Shown here: positions 21,383-34,828 of the stretch, piece after piece
How positions within the stretch are numbered: position 1 is the first letter of the stretch
Layout of the letters: each line of letters starts with the position of its first letter
Origin: the human T2T-CHM13v2.0 reference genome, Homo sapiens
DNA: 64,000 nucleotides
NCBI RefSeq assembly: GCF_009914755.1
Contig: NC_060938.1
Reading direction: 5' to 3' (one strand)
Notes under the pieces: model-generated
Seen by the model: the letters and a program-made list of their open reading frames with translations, nothing else
Told to the model about the DNA's origin: nothing
The model's database searches: none
Program-made: the position numbers and the translations under genes

Positions 21383-24300
21383 TGGTCAAGATGTCTGACT
21401 AGTTGCAGCCAGGTAGAACAGCTGTCACTGTGGGACTGGGATGACTGGCACAGTCCTAACAGGTCCTCAAGACACAAAAGCTGGGCAGAAGCTGGGTGGG
21501 GCTACAGTGCAATGGGACTCGTTCCTCACCCCCAAGAACTTTGGGGGAATGGGTGAGTTGAACTGGCAAGAAGCAACCTACTCTTGCCACAAGCCTCTGG
21601 AATCCCACTGGGAGGAGACCCCTCAATCACTACAGACAGAGTTGGCAGGGGAGGTGCTTAGAAGAGTGGTAGGAGCAGCACGCTAGCCGATATGGAGCCC
21701 AGAGGGTTTGTTGCAGGAACATCTATAGCAGAGCATGGCCAGGGATGCCCATCCTTCCAGACTTGACTTGCTTTCATAGGAGACTTTAGCCCTACGGGAA
21801 CTGTCGGACATGAATTCTGCAGGGCAGTCTTCCCATCAGATAGGGCAGATACAACCTTAGTACCCCCTGGTCTGCTGACCTCTCCCAGTGCTCCAGCCTG
21901 GTTTTTTCCTGCTTGCAGTGCAGACTCAGGTTCCCTGGGGACCCGCATCTTAGCTTCTGCAATGGCAGACCATATCTGATTGGTGGAGAGTTCCAATGGG
22001 GTGGCCCCTAGGGCCATGCACCAACCTGCCTGCTCCCTCCCTCTGCTGCAGCTTCTTCCAAGCCCATGGCCAACCGCCCCTGCCCCCTGACATCATTTGG
22101 CTGGCTTGTATGTGTGCAGGTGGATTTTCCCTTCCCTTCCCCACCAGCTTGTGTGAGCACGTGAACCCTGCCCTGCCTCTGCTGCCAGCAGGAGTGCACT
22201 CTGCTCCCCTTCCTCTGCCATACTGCCATTGCAGTCCGAGCTGTAGTGGGCACAGAGCCCACCAGTCCTGCCTCTGTCAGTGACCTGCCCCTGTGCCAAC
22301 ACTGCCACCAGAATGAAACTAGGCACTGAAAACAATGAACCCTCCCCCTGCCCTGAGTAGCCACAGAGGGTGAACACACACCTGCACCCACCAGTGCCCT
22401 AACCCCATACTAACACCACCATCAGTGCAACAATGCACACAGTCACCAATGGGGTCCTGCTGACCCCCCAAGTTATGCTGACTCTACCCCTGCTGTCAAT
22501 GTCTTCATGGAGGCAGGCATCTCAGCACCTGCTAGCAGTCTGCTGCAGCTGACAAGCATGCATCCTGATTTAATACTGCTGGTGCTGGTACTGCTAAGGG
22601 CACCTGTGAATGAGGACAGATCCCACTGCCACCACACTACAAAACCCTTTGACTAGCACCATTCCATCAACATGTAGTGACCAGCAGTCCAGGAGCACCT
22701 TAGCACCCCCATCACAGTCTGTTCATAATCTTGAGAAGTCAGAGAACAAAGTAGGGTAGGATACAAGTCCCCCAGAATTAAAACATGCAGTTGGGGGGAT
22801 GACAGCTGAACTGTGGTCCCCAAAATCTTCCAGAAATGAAGCCAGTTGACTGAACCCATTTTATAACACAATCAAACTCTCAAAGTCATCTAACAGGATT
22901 AAGAAAAAAAAACATCCAAAGGAAAGGAACGTCAAAGATTGAAAAAACACTAGCCCACAAAAATGAGAAAAAACCAGTGCAAGAACTCTGACAAGTCAAA
23001 AAGCCAGCATACCTTCTTTCCTCTGAATGCCTCCACCAGCTCTCCACCAAAAGTTTTTAACTGAACTGGGATGGCTGAAGTGACACAAATAGAATTTAGA
23101 GTATGGATAGAAATGAAGAGCATCAAGGTACAGGAGTATGTTGAAACCCAATCCAAGGAAGCTAAGAATCACAATAAAACAATGCAGGAGCTGACAGACA
23201 AAATAGACAGTATAGAAAAGAACATAACTGACCTGATAGAACTGAAAAACACACTGCAAAAATTTCATAATGCAATCACAACTATTAACAGCAGAATAGA
23301 TCAAGCAGAAGAAATGATATTAGTGCTTTAAGACTGGCGTTCTGAAACAAGACAGGCAGAGAAGAATAGAGAAAAAAGAATGAAAGAATGAAAATGAACA
23401 AACAAAACCTCTGAGAAATATAAGTTTATGTAAAGAGAACAAATCTGTGATTCATTGGTGTCCCTGAAGGAGATGGGGAGAATAGCAGCAACTTGGAAAA
23501 CATATTCCAGGATATCATCCATGAGAACTTCCTCAACCTAGCTAGAGAGGCTAACATTCAAATTCAGAAAATACAAAAACCCATGTAAGACACTTCACAA
23601 GAAGATCACCTCCAGCATACATAATTATCAGATTTTCCAAGGTTGAAATGAAAGAAAAAAATGCAAAAGGCAGCTAGAGAGAAAGGTCAGGTCACCTACA
23701 AAGGGAAGCCCATCAGACTAAGCATAGCTCTCAACAAAAACTCTACAAACCAGAAGAGGTTGGGGGCCAATATTTGAGATTCCTAAAGAAAAGAAATTCC
23801 AACCCAGAATTTTACATCTGGCCAAACTATGCCTCATAAGTGAAGGAGAAATAAGATCCTTTTCAGACAAGCAAATGCTGAGGGAATTTGTTACTACCAG
23901 ACTGACCTGCCTTACAAGAGCTCCTGAAGGAAGCACTAAATAAGAAAAGGAAATATCATTACCAACCACTTCAAAAATACACTGAAAAACACAGACCAAT
24001 GACACTATAAAGCAACCACACAAATAAGTATGTATGGTAACCAACTAACAGCAAGACGACAGGATCAATTCTACGCATATCAATACTAACCTTGAATGTA
24101 AAAGGGGTAAATGCCCCAATTAAAAGGCACAGAGTGATAAGCTGGATAAAAAAGCAAGACCCAATGGTATGCTGTCTTCAAGAGACATGCAATGGCACCC
24201 ATAGGCTCACATGCAATGACAGCCATAGGCTCACATGCAATGACACCCATAGGCTCATATGCAATGACACCCATAGGCTCAAAATAAAGGGATGGAAGAA

Positions 24301-25910
24301 AATCTACTAAGTAAATAGAAAACATAAAAAATAGAGATCGTAATCCTAATTTCATACAAAACAGACTTTAAACCAACAAAGATAAAAAAAGACAAAAAAG
24401 GATAATGACATAATGGCAAAGGGTTCAATTCAACAAGTAGTGCTAACTATCCTAAATAAATGTGCACTTAACACAGCAGCACCCTGATTCAAACAAATTC
24501 TTAGAAACCTACAAAGAGACTTAGACTCACACACAATAATAATGAGAGACGTCAACACCCTACTGACAGTATTAGACAGATCACTGAGGCAGAAAATTAG
24601 CAAAGATATTCAGGACCTTAACTCAGCACTGGATCAAATGGACCTGAGAGATGTTTACAGAACTCTCCACCAAAAAGCAACAGAATATACATTCTTCTCA
24701 TCACCCCATGGCACATATTCTGAAGTAAGCCACACAACTGAACATAAAACACTCCTTGGCAAATGCAAGAGAACTGAAATTATAACGACCATTCTCTTGG
24801 ACCACAGCACAACAAAATTAGAAATTAAGACTAAGAAAATTGCTCATAACTATAAAATTACATAGAAATTGAATAACCTGCTCCTGGCTGACTTTTGGGT
24901 AAATAATGAAATTAAAACAGGAATCAAGAAGTTATTTGAAACTAATGAGAACAAAGATACAACATATCAGAATCTCTGGGCCACTGCTAAGGCAATGTTA
25001 AGAGGGAAATTTATAGCACTAACCACCCACATCAAGAAGTTAGAAAGATCTCAAGCTAACAACTAAGTGTCACAACTAAAAGAACCAAAGAACCATGGGC
25101 AAACCAACCTAAAAGCTAGCAGAAGACAAAAACTAACCAAAATCAGAGCTGAACTAAAGGAGATTGAGACACAAAAAGAACATTCCAAATATCAACCAAT
25201 CCAGGAATTAATTGTTTGAAAAATTCACAAAACAGACCACTAGCTAGACTAATAAAAAAGAAAAGAGAAAAGATCCAAATAAACACAATTAGAAATGACA
25301 AAGGGGATATTATCACTGACGCCACAGAAATACAAATAAATATTGGAGAATATTTTGAACATTTCTGTGCACACAAACAAGAAAATCTAGAAGAAATGGA
25401 TAAATTCCTGGAAACATACACCCTCCCAAGACAGAACCAGGAAGAAATTGTATCTCTGAACAGACCAATAATGAACTCTGAAATTGAATCAGTAATAAAT
25501 AGCCTACCAACCTAAAAAAGCCTTGAGCCAGACAGATTCACCTCTAAATTCTACCAGATGTACAAATAAGAGCTGATACCATTTCAACCGAAACCATTTC
25601 ATGAAACTGAGGTTTCGTGGATAAGAAGAATCAATATTAGTAAAATGGCCATGCTGTCCAAAGCAATTTATAGATTCAGTGCTATTCCTATCAAACTATC
25701 AATGACATTCTTCACAGAACTAGGAAAAACTATTTTAAAATTCATATGGAACCAACAAAGAGTCCAAGCTGCCAAGGCAATCCTAAGCAAAGGAACAAAG
25801 CTAGAGGCAACATGTTACCCAACTTCGAACTATATTACAGGGCTACAGTAACCAAAACAGCATGGCTACAGTAACCAAAACAGACACATATAACAATGGA
25901 ACAGAATAGG
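21383..25910 (+). mobile_element. Older primate L1 (L1PA13-16/L1PB-like): 5'UTR, ORF1 and partial ORF2 with internal and 3' deletions
   Basis: Starts ggtcaagatg(t)ctgactag; GC-rich 5'UTR of ~1.5 kb; ORF1 fragments (23071-23331); EN fragments (LNVKGVNAPIKRHR, 24542-25515); jumps at ~25612 to the post-RT WIRRINIVKMA region; no 3'UTR or poly(A). Confidence 0.9.
24185..24280 (+). repeat. 24-bp tandem repeat x4 inside L1 ORF2 endonuclease
   Basis: Unit acatgcaatgacacccataggctc, translated as TCNDTHRL x4. Confidence 0.95.
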
Positions 25911-26066
25911 TATATGATTCATTTGTTCCCAAACTATCTTTTCTCTATTAAATTGCCCTTGCACCTTTGTTGAAAATAATTGACTCTATTTCTGTGGGTC
26001 TATTTTTAGGCTCTGTTTTCTGTTTCACTGATTTAAATGTCTATTCTGTCACCAATATTGTACTGT

Positions 26067-26411
26067 TATTTTATTTTATTTTATTTTATTTTGTTTTATT
26101 TTATTATTTTATTTTATTTTATTTTATTTTTTGAGACACTGTTTCTGTCTCCTTGGCAGGGTGCAGTGGTGTGACCATGGCTCATTGCAATCTCAACCTC
26201 CTTTCTCAAGTGATCCTCCTGCTTCAGCCACTTAAGTAGTCAGTACTATAAGTGTGCACCACCTTGCCTGAGTAATTTTTAATTCTTTTGTAGAGATGGG
26301 AGATCTCACTATGTTTCCCAGGCTGGTCTTCAACTCTTGGGCTCAAGTGATCTTCCTGCCTCGTCCTTCCAAAGTTCTGGGATTACAGGCACGAGCCACC
26401 ATATCTAGTCC
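26067..26411 (-). mobile_element. Old Alu (AluJ-like) with (TTTTA)n tail
   Basis: Diverged Alu dimer with gggctcaagtgatcttcctgcc (J-type); pentamer tail at 26067-26131. Confidence 0.9.
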
Positions 26412-26844
26412 ATGATGTCTTAATTAGAGTAACTTTATATTAAGTCTTGATGTCAAGCAGTATGAATCCTCCAAATTTGCTCTTTTTCTTCAGTATTATG
26501 TTATCTATTTTAAGTCTTGTGCCTTTCCATGAAACTTTTGAGTTAGTTTGTTGCTATCTACAAAACCTCTTTTCTACTTTTAATGACTTCTGTGATTTTA
26601 TTGAGCTCATTCTGTTAATACTGGATAATCTCTCTATTGTAAGGCAAGCTGATTAGCAACCTTAAATCCATCTACAAAGTCCCTTTTGGCAATTCAGGTA
26701 ACATATTCACAGTATAATATTGTAAGGTCTTATATATACTTGGTCTATATATAATTTGTTGTTCTCAAGTCCCTTATATTAATTGTCAGTTGTTTTCTGT
26801 GCTTCTCCAATATTACTTAGATATTACGGTTTTATAATTTTTTT

Positions 26845-28540
26845 GCAGATTTGATCTTCAACAAAGCTGACACTGGGGAAAGGGCACACTCTTCAATAAA
26901 TGGTGCTGGGAAAATTGGATAGCCACATCCAGAAGAATGAAACTGGACCACTATCTCACTATATACAGGAATCAACTCAAAGTAAATTAAAAACTTAAAC
27001 ATAAGACCTGAAACTATAAAAATACTTGAAGAAAACCTAGGGAAAAATTTCCTGGACTTTTGTCTAGGCATAGAATTTATGACTAACATCTCAAAAGTCA
27101 CAAGCAACACAAATAAAAATAGACAAATGGGACTTAATTAAATTAGAAAGCTTCTGAGCAGCAGAAGAAATAATCAGCAGAGCGAAGAGACAACCTCCTG
27201 AATGGAGGAAAATATTTGCAAACTATTCATCTAATAGTGGGCTAATACCTAGAATTTACAAAAAACCTAAACAACTCACAGGAAAAAAAATAATTCCACT
27301 GGAAAGTGGCCAAAGGATATAAATAGACATTTCTCAAAAGAAGACATACAAAAGGCCAAAAGATATATGAAAAAATACTCAACATCACTAATCATTATAG
27401 AAATGCAAATCAAAGCCACAATGAAATATTATTTTCCCCTAGTCATAATGACTATTACTAAAAACAAAAACAAAAACAAAGCAAAACAAAACAAAACAAA
27501 ATATAACAGATTGAAAAAGGAACTCTTCTACACTGTTGGTGGGAATGTAAACCAGTATAGCAACTGTGGAAAACATTATGGAGATTCCTTACAAAAGTAA
27601 AAATAAAATTACCATTGGATCCAGCAATTTTTCTACTGGGTATTTACTCAAAGGGGAAAAAAAAAAAACAATATATCAAGGGGTTACCTGCACTCACATG
27701 TTTATTGCAGTACTATTCACAATGCAAAGATATGAAACCAACCTAAGTGGGGGTTTGGGCTTATGAAGCTGATAGTTAAAAGACTCAGGGTTTGTGAAGT
27801 TGGTGAGGGATTTTGCAAAGCTCTTCAAACTGCATGCAGAAATGTTGACCAGTGAGGATGGCAAGGTGGACAGCTCAGCAGCCAGGGATGTGCTGGTGGG
27901 CAGGGGCAGTAGCATGATGTGCAGGTGTACCCAGCAATGTTTGGGGTACTCAGGTCCCAAGTGGTGCTTGGAAGAGGTGATGAAGCTCTGAAATAATTTC
28001 TGAGCATGATCTATTATCAAGCCAGTAACATACAAAATACAGAATATTTCATGATGATATCCTGCAATAAAAATCATGAAAAAATAAAACAGAAAACAAA
28101 ACAAACCAACAAAAAATGTGGTGTATATACACAATGGAATATTATTCAGCCATAAAAAAGAATGAAATAATGTCACTTGCAGCAACATGGATAAAACTGG
28201 TGTGAAATAAACCAGGCACAAAATGGTAACTATCCCGTGTTCTCACTTATATGCAGGAGCTAAAAAAATTTCATCACGTGGAGGTAGAGAGTGGAAAAAT
28301 AGATCACAGAGACTGGGAAGAGTGAGTGGAAAGGGCAGGGGAAAGAACAAAGAGAAGTGCACTAAAGGATAAGATAGGAGGAATAAATTGAATGTTTGAT
28401 AGCAGAGTAGCATAACTACACTTTAAAAAGTATCGTACTGGAGTGACGAACACCCTAAATATCCTGACTTAATCACTATGCATTACATACATGTAACAAA
28501 ATTCCACACGTATCCCATGAATTTGTATGAATAAAAAAAG
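26845..28540 (+). mobile_element. L1MA-like 3' end (ORF2 C-terminus and 3'UTR), interrupted at 27750-28116
   Basis: tgatcttcaacaaagc...aataaatggtgctgggaaaattggata; ORF 27367-27600 (MQIKATMKY); 3'UTR ends aataaaaaaa at ~28540. Confidence 0.9.
27750..28116 (+). other. Unidentified non-L1 insert with AATAAA and a degenerate poly(A) tail (probable 5'-truncated retrocopy)
   Basis: Interrupts the L1 between aacctaagtg and aaaatgtggtgtatatacac; AATAAA at 28066-28071; A-rich tail at 28079-28116. Confidence 0.6.
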
Positions 28541-29426
28541 TTTAAGTTAGCTAAAAACCAAAACATAAAGCAAACAAACAAAATGAAATAATATTTCTAA
28601 TTCTTGAATACTTTAATCTGATTTGCCTTCAGACAAATTTTGAAAATTATTTTGTGAACTCAAAAATATCTCATGGTTTATTGAATTTTATTTTATAGGA
28701 GGGAAAATGTATGTGTTGAATGATGTTGCATTTTCCTCCAATACCATAAGTATTTAAATTTATTTGTCAACTTTTTTCTTTTTTTAGAATAGTATAGCTT
28801 TTGTCATTTATAAACAACACATTTCTGTTTAAGATTATTCCTATTTAGTTTATATAGCCTATTGTTCATCTTAATAGATTCTTTTTGGCTACATTTTAAC
28901 ATATTACATTTTAACATATTACATATTTAATATAATGTTAAATATATTTATTTAACAATTAAATATATTTAAGTTCAATATATTTAAGTTAAATATATTT
29001 AATTGTTGAATAATTTATAAGAAGGTTATTGAATTTATATTCTCATTTTGAAATTTGCCCTTGTACTGAATTATCTGGGTTTACTTTTTAAAATTCTACT
29101 TTATAAAATTATCTTAAAGTAAAATGGACCTTTTCTTTGTTCTGGTAAACAATCCATTAATTTTAGCACATATACAGATTATGTAATCAGCACCGCAACC
29201 AAGATATAGAACAGGTTACTAATACCAAAAAACTCCTTCATGCTCTCTCTTTATGAATTATTTTTTATTTCTATTCTTTTTCTGTTTATTCTCTTGCCTT
29301 TTCCAGTATTACTCTAATAATAATTATACCTGTTTTCCAGGATTTATACAGTTTTCCAGGATTACTCTAATAATTATTATATATCCTTATTTTTTGTTTT
29401 ACAATGGGATACATATTTTAGATTTA

Positions 29427-29732
29427 CAGCTAGCCCTCTTTTTCTGTGGGTTCTATATTCTTGGATTCAACCAATAGTGGATCCAAAATATTAATAAAAA
29501 ACAATACAAATAATACAAATTCAGAAAGTGATACAGTATAACAACTAGTTACATAGCATTTATATTGCATTAGGCATCATAAGTAATCTAAGATGATTTA
29601 AAGTATATGGGAGGATGTGTTTAGATTGTATACAAATATCATGCCATTTTAACTCAGGGATTTGAGCATCCATGGATTTTGGTATCAGCGGGGGTCCTGG
29701 AACCAATCTTCTGTGGATACCAAGGGACAATT
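29427..29732. mobile_element. Tigger3/MER8-like DNA transposon MITE
   Basis: TA|cagctagccctc...gtgggttc...ggattcaaccaa start and ggaaccaatc...gtggataccaagggacaat end. Confidence 0.75.
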
Positions 29733-31626
29733 AGAAAACTATTAAATCTTTAACCAGTTTTGTTAATTTTTTAAAAAGTCATTTCCTTTTTCTTCGTAGA
29801 AGGAAAAACATCTTAAAACTAAACTTGCTTCCTTATTTCAAAGAGTGCTAGAAATGTGGTCAGCTAGGGAAGATTTTCTTGGGCTCTATTGCCAGACCTG
29901 TGGGGAATGTAGGATGGATATGACAGTTGTGAAGAGTTCAGTCTTTGAGGTATTTGGGAAACAAGTTGTGCTTAGAGAGCAAGCCACAGATAAATGATTG
30001 ACCTGCAGGTAAATATGGCAAGACCCTTGGTTTATGGTTTTAGGTTGTGAATCCACATCTATATCTTCCTGGATAATCCATTATGAACACTTCAAAAATA
30101 ATGATAATTATTATAAACATCTCTGCTATTATTTCTACTATATTAAATACTTTCCTTGTAGTAAGCAATGAACTGAATGTTTAAAGTTTATTTCTATAAT
30201 TTAATTTTTACACTATTCGTCTAAGGTACTCCATACTACCTCTCTTCTCTTCTCCTGGCTATGATGGACTTTCCAACATCCCCCTTTCTATGATTCACCT
30301 ATCCCTCGAAACAGCTATCAGTATTAGTTTGTGCTAATTTTTTAATGTATTGTCAGAAACTTTAATGCATGATTCTTCCTTTAATACGCAACTTCCAGTA
30401 AGCAAGTATTTGCTGGAGAAAAATTGCCTTAGCCTAAAAGAATAATTTTCCAATTACGGTATTTTGAACATTGGGGCATAAATATGGGAATATTTCCATA
30501 ATTAAGGAGTAATTTTTTGTTCCCCATATGCTCTGTAAATGACTGCTTCAATGTTTTCTTCTCCTAGGCCAGTCCCAGTTGTGCTTTTCTCCAATGAACA
30601 TTGCTACATCACAGGAGTGCATTCCCACTTTAAATAGCAAAGACACACTTCACAATTCTTGTTGCAACTCTGTGAAAAGTTGGGTCAACATTTTAATGAC
30701 TCCCACTGCAAGTAGATTATAGTGTTTAATCCCTGATCTAATCAATGTCACTGCTTTCTAAGGGGTTTTATATAAAGACAGGAGAAAAATATACATCCAT
30801 ACTCCAGGCTTCTGACGCTTACTAAAGAACTATGGTGATTTCAGTAGGCTTGTCAACCTCGGAGGAAATGGTGTTTTTGATGCTAGGTGCATAACTGGTA
30901 GGTTAAAAGCTAGATATGATAGTAAGGGTCTTCAGAAGCAGTTGTGGTTTGCATTCTTCAGATAGCAAAACAATTGACATTTATTTAATAATTATATAAA
31001 ACAGAAATAATGGAGGAATAGTAAAGAAAAAATTATATATGACTTAAAGACAAAAATGGATGGTTCCATTAAATAGGAATTAAAGCATTCTTTCTGGTGA
31101 TGAAAAGGAGAAAAAATATAAATATAAATTTATGTATATGTTTAAATCAATATAAGTGTAGTTCCCATTAGTAAACAAATTGTAGTAAAATAGAAATATT
31201 CAAATGTGTGAAGCTGAGGGTTTTCAATGCATTTAATATAAAAGGAACTTGTGCCATTTTCATATGGAAAATGCAGTTTCAAACAGATGAAATTATTTTG
31301 GTAGTACATGGTCTTTTTCTAAACCTCTGAAGTTAAATAGATTAGAATTTTTATTGCATGTTATTAATATTAAAACACACTGGTTATTTCTGAACAGCAT
31401 TCTTAAATTTGGATTTTGAAACCTAGAAAGTTCCTTAAATTTTGCCCAGAAAATATGCTTCAAGCTTTACATAGACCATCTAATATAATTCTAACAAGTA
31501 GAGGTCAAATCTTAGGCTACTGAGACATAAGTGAAGTCAAGAATACCCTAACTACTCTTAACTGCTGGGCAATAGACTCCTTTTAAGAATTCTCGAATAT
31601 CATTCTACGACAAAATTTAAAAATAA

Positions 31627-31927
<301 letters not shown>

Positions 31928-32055
31928 AAAATAATTTTTCAATATTGACAAAACAGTTTAAATATGTGCAGATAAATGGAGATGTAACCAGATTTTCCTC
32001 CACATGGGAAAACATGAGGTCATCTAAAGGAAAAATATTGCTGAAGGTAACATTT

Positions 32056-32369
32056 ATTTGTATTTTTATTTTTGAGATGGAGTCTTGCTCTGTCTCCCAG
32101 GTTGGAGTGAGTGGTATGATCTCGGCTCATGCAATATCCGTCCCCTGGGTTCAAGCAATTCTCCTGCCTGAGCCTCCCGAGTAGCTGGGATTACAGGTGC
32201 CGGGATTACAGGTGCCCACCACCACACATGGCTAATTTTTGTATTTTTAGTAGAGACGGGGTTTCACCATTGTTGGCCAGGCTGGTCTTGAACTCCTGGC
32301 CTCAAGTGATCCACCCATCTCGGCCTCCCAAAGTGCTGGGATTACAGGCATGAGCCATTGCACCTAGCC
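32056..32369 (-). mobile_element. AluS (Sx/Sz-like) with an internal 15-bp tandem duplication
   Basis: TSD tgaaggtaa(c/t)attt; gggattacaggtgcc x2 at 32187-32216. Confidence 0.93.
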
Positions 32370-33061
32370 GTGAAGGTAATATTTAAAATTTTGATATTTA
32401 GTGTTCAATCACAGAATGAGTTAAGGATGGAATAATACGGTAAATTGTAATTAACTGAGTACAATTCATTTCCAGTACATTTGCTTCTGCACAGCAACAG
32501 TTAAAAACAAATTAAAAATTTTAAAAATGAATCAGGTTTTTTCCCATTTTTATTTTTCCACTTCTAACTGGACTCTGAAAGTTGCTGCAACAGAACAATT
32601 GCTATAATCCTTCTATTCTAAAGTCAGAATGTGTAGTCAATGTAAAATTTGTGATAGTTAACCAAAAAAGAAGCCAAAATTGTTTTGGAACATTTGTTTT
32701 AGTTTTTACTACAAATCAGGTAAGACTTTTTCTTTAGACTAGAAACCATGCCACTACTTTTAACTAAAAGCAGTCAGCTAATCTGCAAATTTAATCAGCC
32801 AATCAGTTAATTCAGAAAAAAGGGGGCACATAATCATAAAACTTATTTTTTCACGGAATTGATACATTGGCACTGTCAAGACAGTTAAATTTATATGTGT
32901 ATTGATCTACAATCTAAAATTTCAATAGTCAGTAGTCTCAGGCATTCATAATGCAAGATTTTCTTTTTTATTATTTATTTTCAAGAATTTTTGGAAGGAT
33001 CATTGGGAATAAATTAATGGAAGAGAATGAAGAAAATAAAAGTCAAATAGTTCTTATCTTC

Positions 33062-33376
<315 letters not shown>

Positions 33377-34828
33377 CATTTTTTGACTCTTCTTCCATTT
33401 TTTCATTCTTTGAGTTTATAACAATGATTTTATTCTTTTCTGAGCATATTAATATAGACTATAACTTAAATATTAGTATATTGATATTTTAAAATTTTTG
33501 ACATTCGTCCACCATGTTTCACTGACATAATGAAATCTTTTTTAGTGTACCTTGAAAACTTTTATTGAAGAAGGAATGAAATATTGCATTTTCAAAGACG
33601 GATAAGTTAGAATACAGGATTAGATAAAATTGCATTATCTATTATAGTTAAATTATTATCAAAACTAGATAAATATTCAAATGTATAAAGTGAAATATTC
33701 AAATGTGTAATATAACAAGGGAATTCATATAGTTTTCCATGTGAAAAAAGCAATTTAGCTAAAAAAATGATTTAGATGCATATAGACTTATAAATGCCTG
33801 ATCTAACACTATATTTTTTTACTTAATTAATTTTGGTCTCATCAAATTTTCCGGTAACCCAGAAAACTTTCCAGTTATCCAGCTAAAATTTCTGTAGTCA
33901 AAGGCTTAAATTTCATTAGGTGGCTGGCAAAGTAAACCCTACCTGGTCACAAAATTAACTTTCATTTACTAGGGCTAAGTTTCATTTGCTTTGTACCACA
34001 TTTTTGACTGTTTGGTAAAGACATTGACATTCCATAGGAAATAAAATTTCTAGAACTTGGGAAGCACTGTAAATGAAAAAATTAATTTTGAAAAATAATT
34101 CTGAGTTCTTAATGTATCTTTTTTGTTTGTTTTTTCTAGTTTAAAATATAGCTTTGGGTAGAATGAAAAGAATTAAAGGAAGGAGATTCTCTTTTTAAAA
34201 CATGTTTCTATGAAATAATAAATTACCAAAAGTGGAGAATAACTCTTGTAGGTTACAAGTCTGCCTTTTGGTTATCAGTTGTCTTATGGAATTAAGAAAT
34301 TAAAAATTAAATAATTTATCACCCTCATAAGATATTAAATGGATCTTCTGAAATCATTATAGTAAAGTCTTAGTTAAGTCTAGTGTTTAACAATAGTCGA
34401 TTCAAAATATTCACATTTTTGTGTGTAAGAGAAACCTTTGAGAGTTCAACACTTATTTTATTTTTAGTTTTATTTATATGCCTTATTCAGTAAAGCACAC
34501 AAATGTAATGATCTGCCTCAATAAATGTGTATTATATAACTCGTTAAGTAGTATTCAGATAGGTATATAATTGTGTGGGCATGTGATGACTACAGCTCAA
34601 CGTGTACTGATGCTGGTCAAAACCAAGAGGTTAAACTTTTCAGATTATATCTGGTAGCAACTGTTAAGTGATTCCCCCCAAAAATGTTTACCCTGAGAAT
34701 TTTTAGTTGGATTCTAGTTAATCAATCTTTTAGCGAATGATAAGTTAATATGTGGTTGTAGAAATATCACATTTTCAAACTCTGTTATTTTGTTCCTTTT
34801 ACAATTATAAAGCCGAGTCTGCAGATGA

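Noticed and set aside
21441-22391. Cluster of GC-rich overlapping ORFs
   Set aside because: They lie within an L1 5'UTR; the open frames reflect GC content.
27694-28221. 175-aa minus-strand ORF
   Set aside because: Spans L1 sequence, a poly(A) remnant and the orphan insert, so it is a chance chimeric frame.
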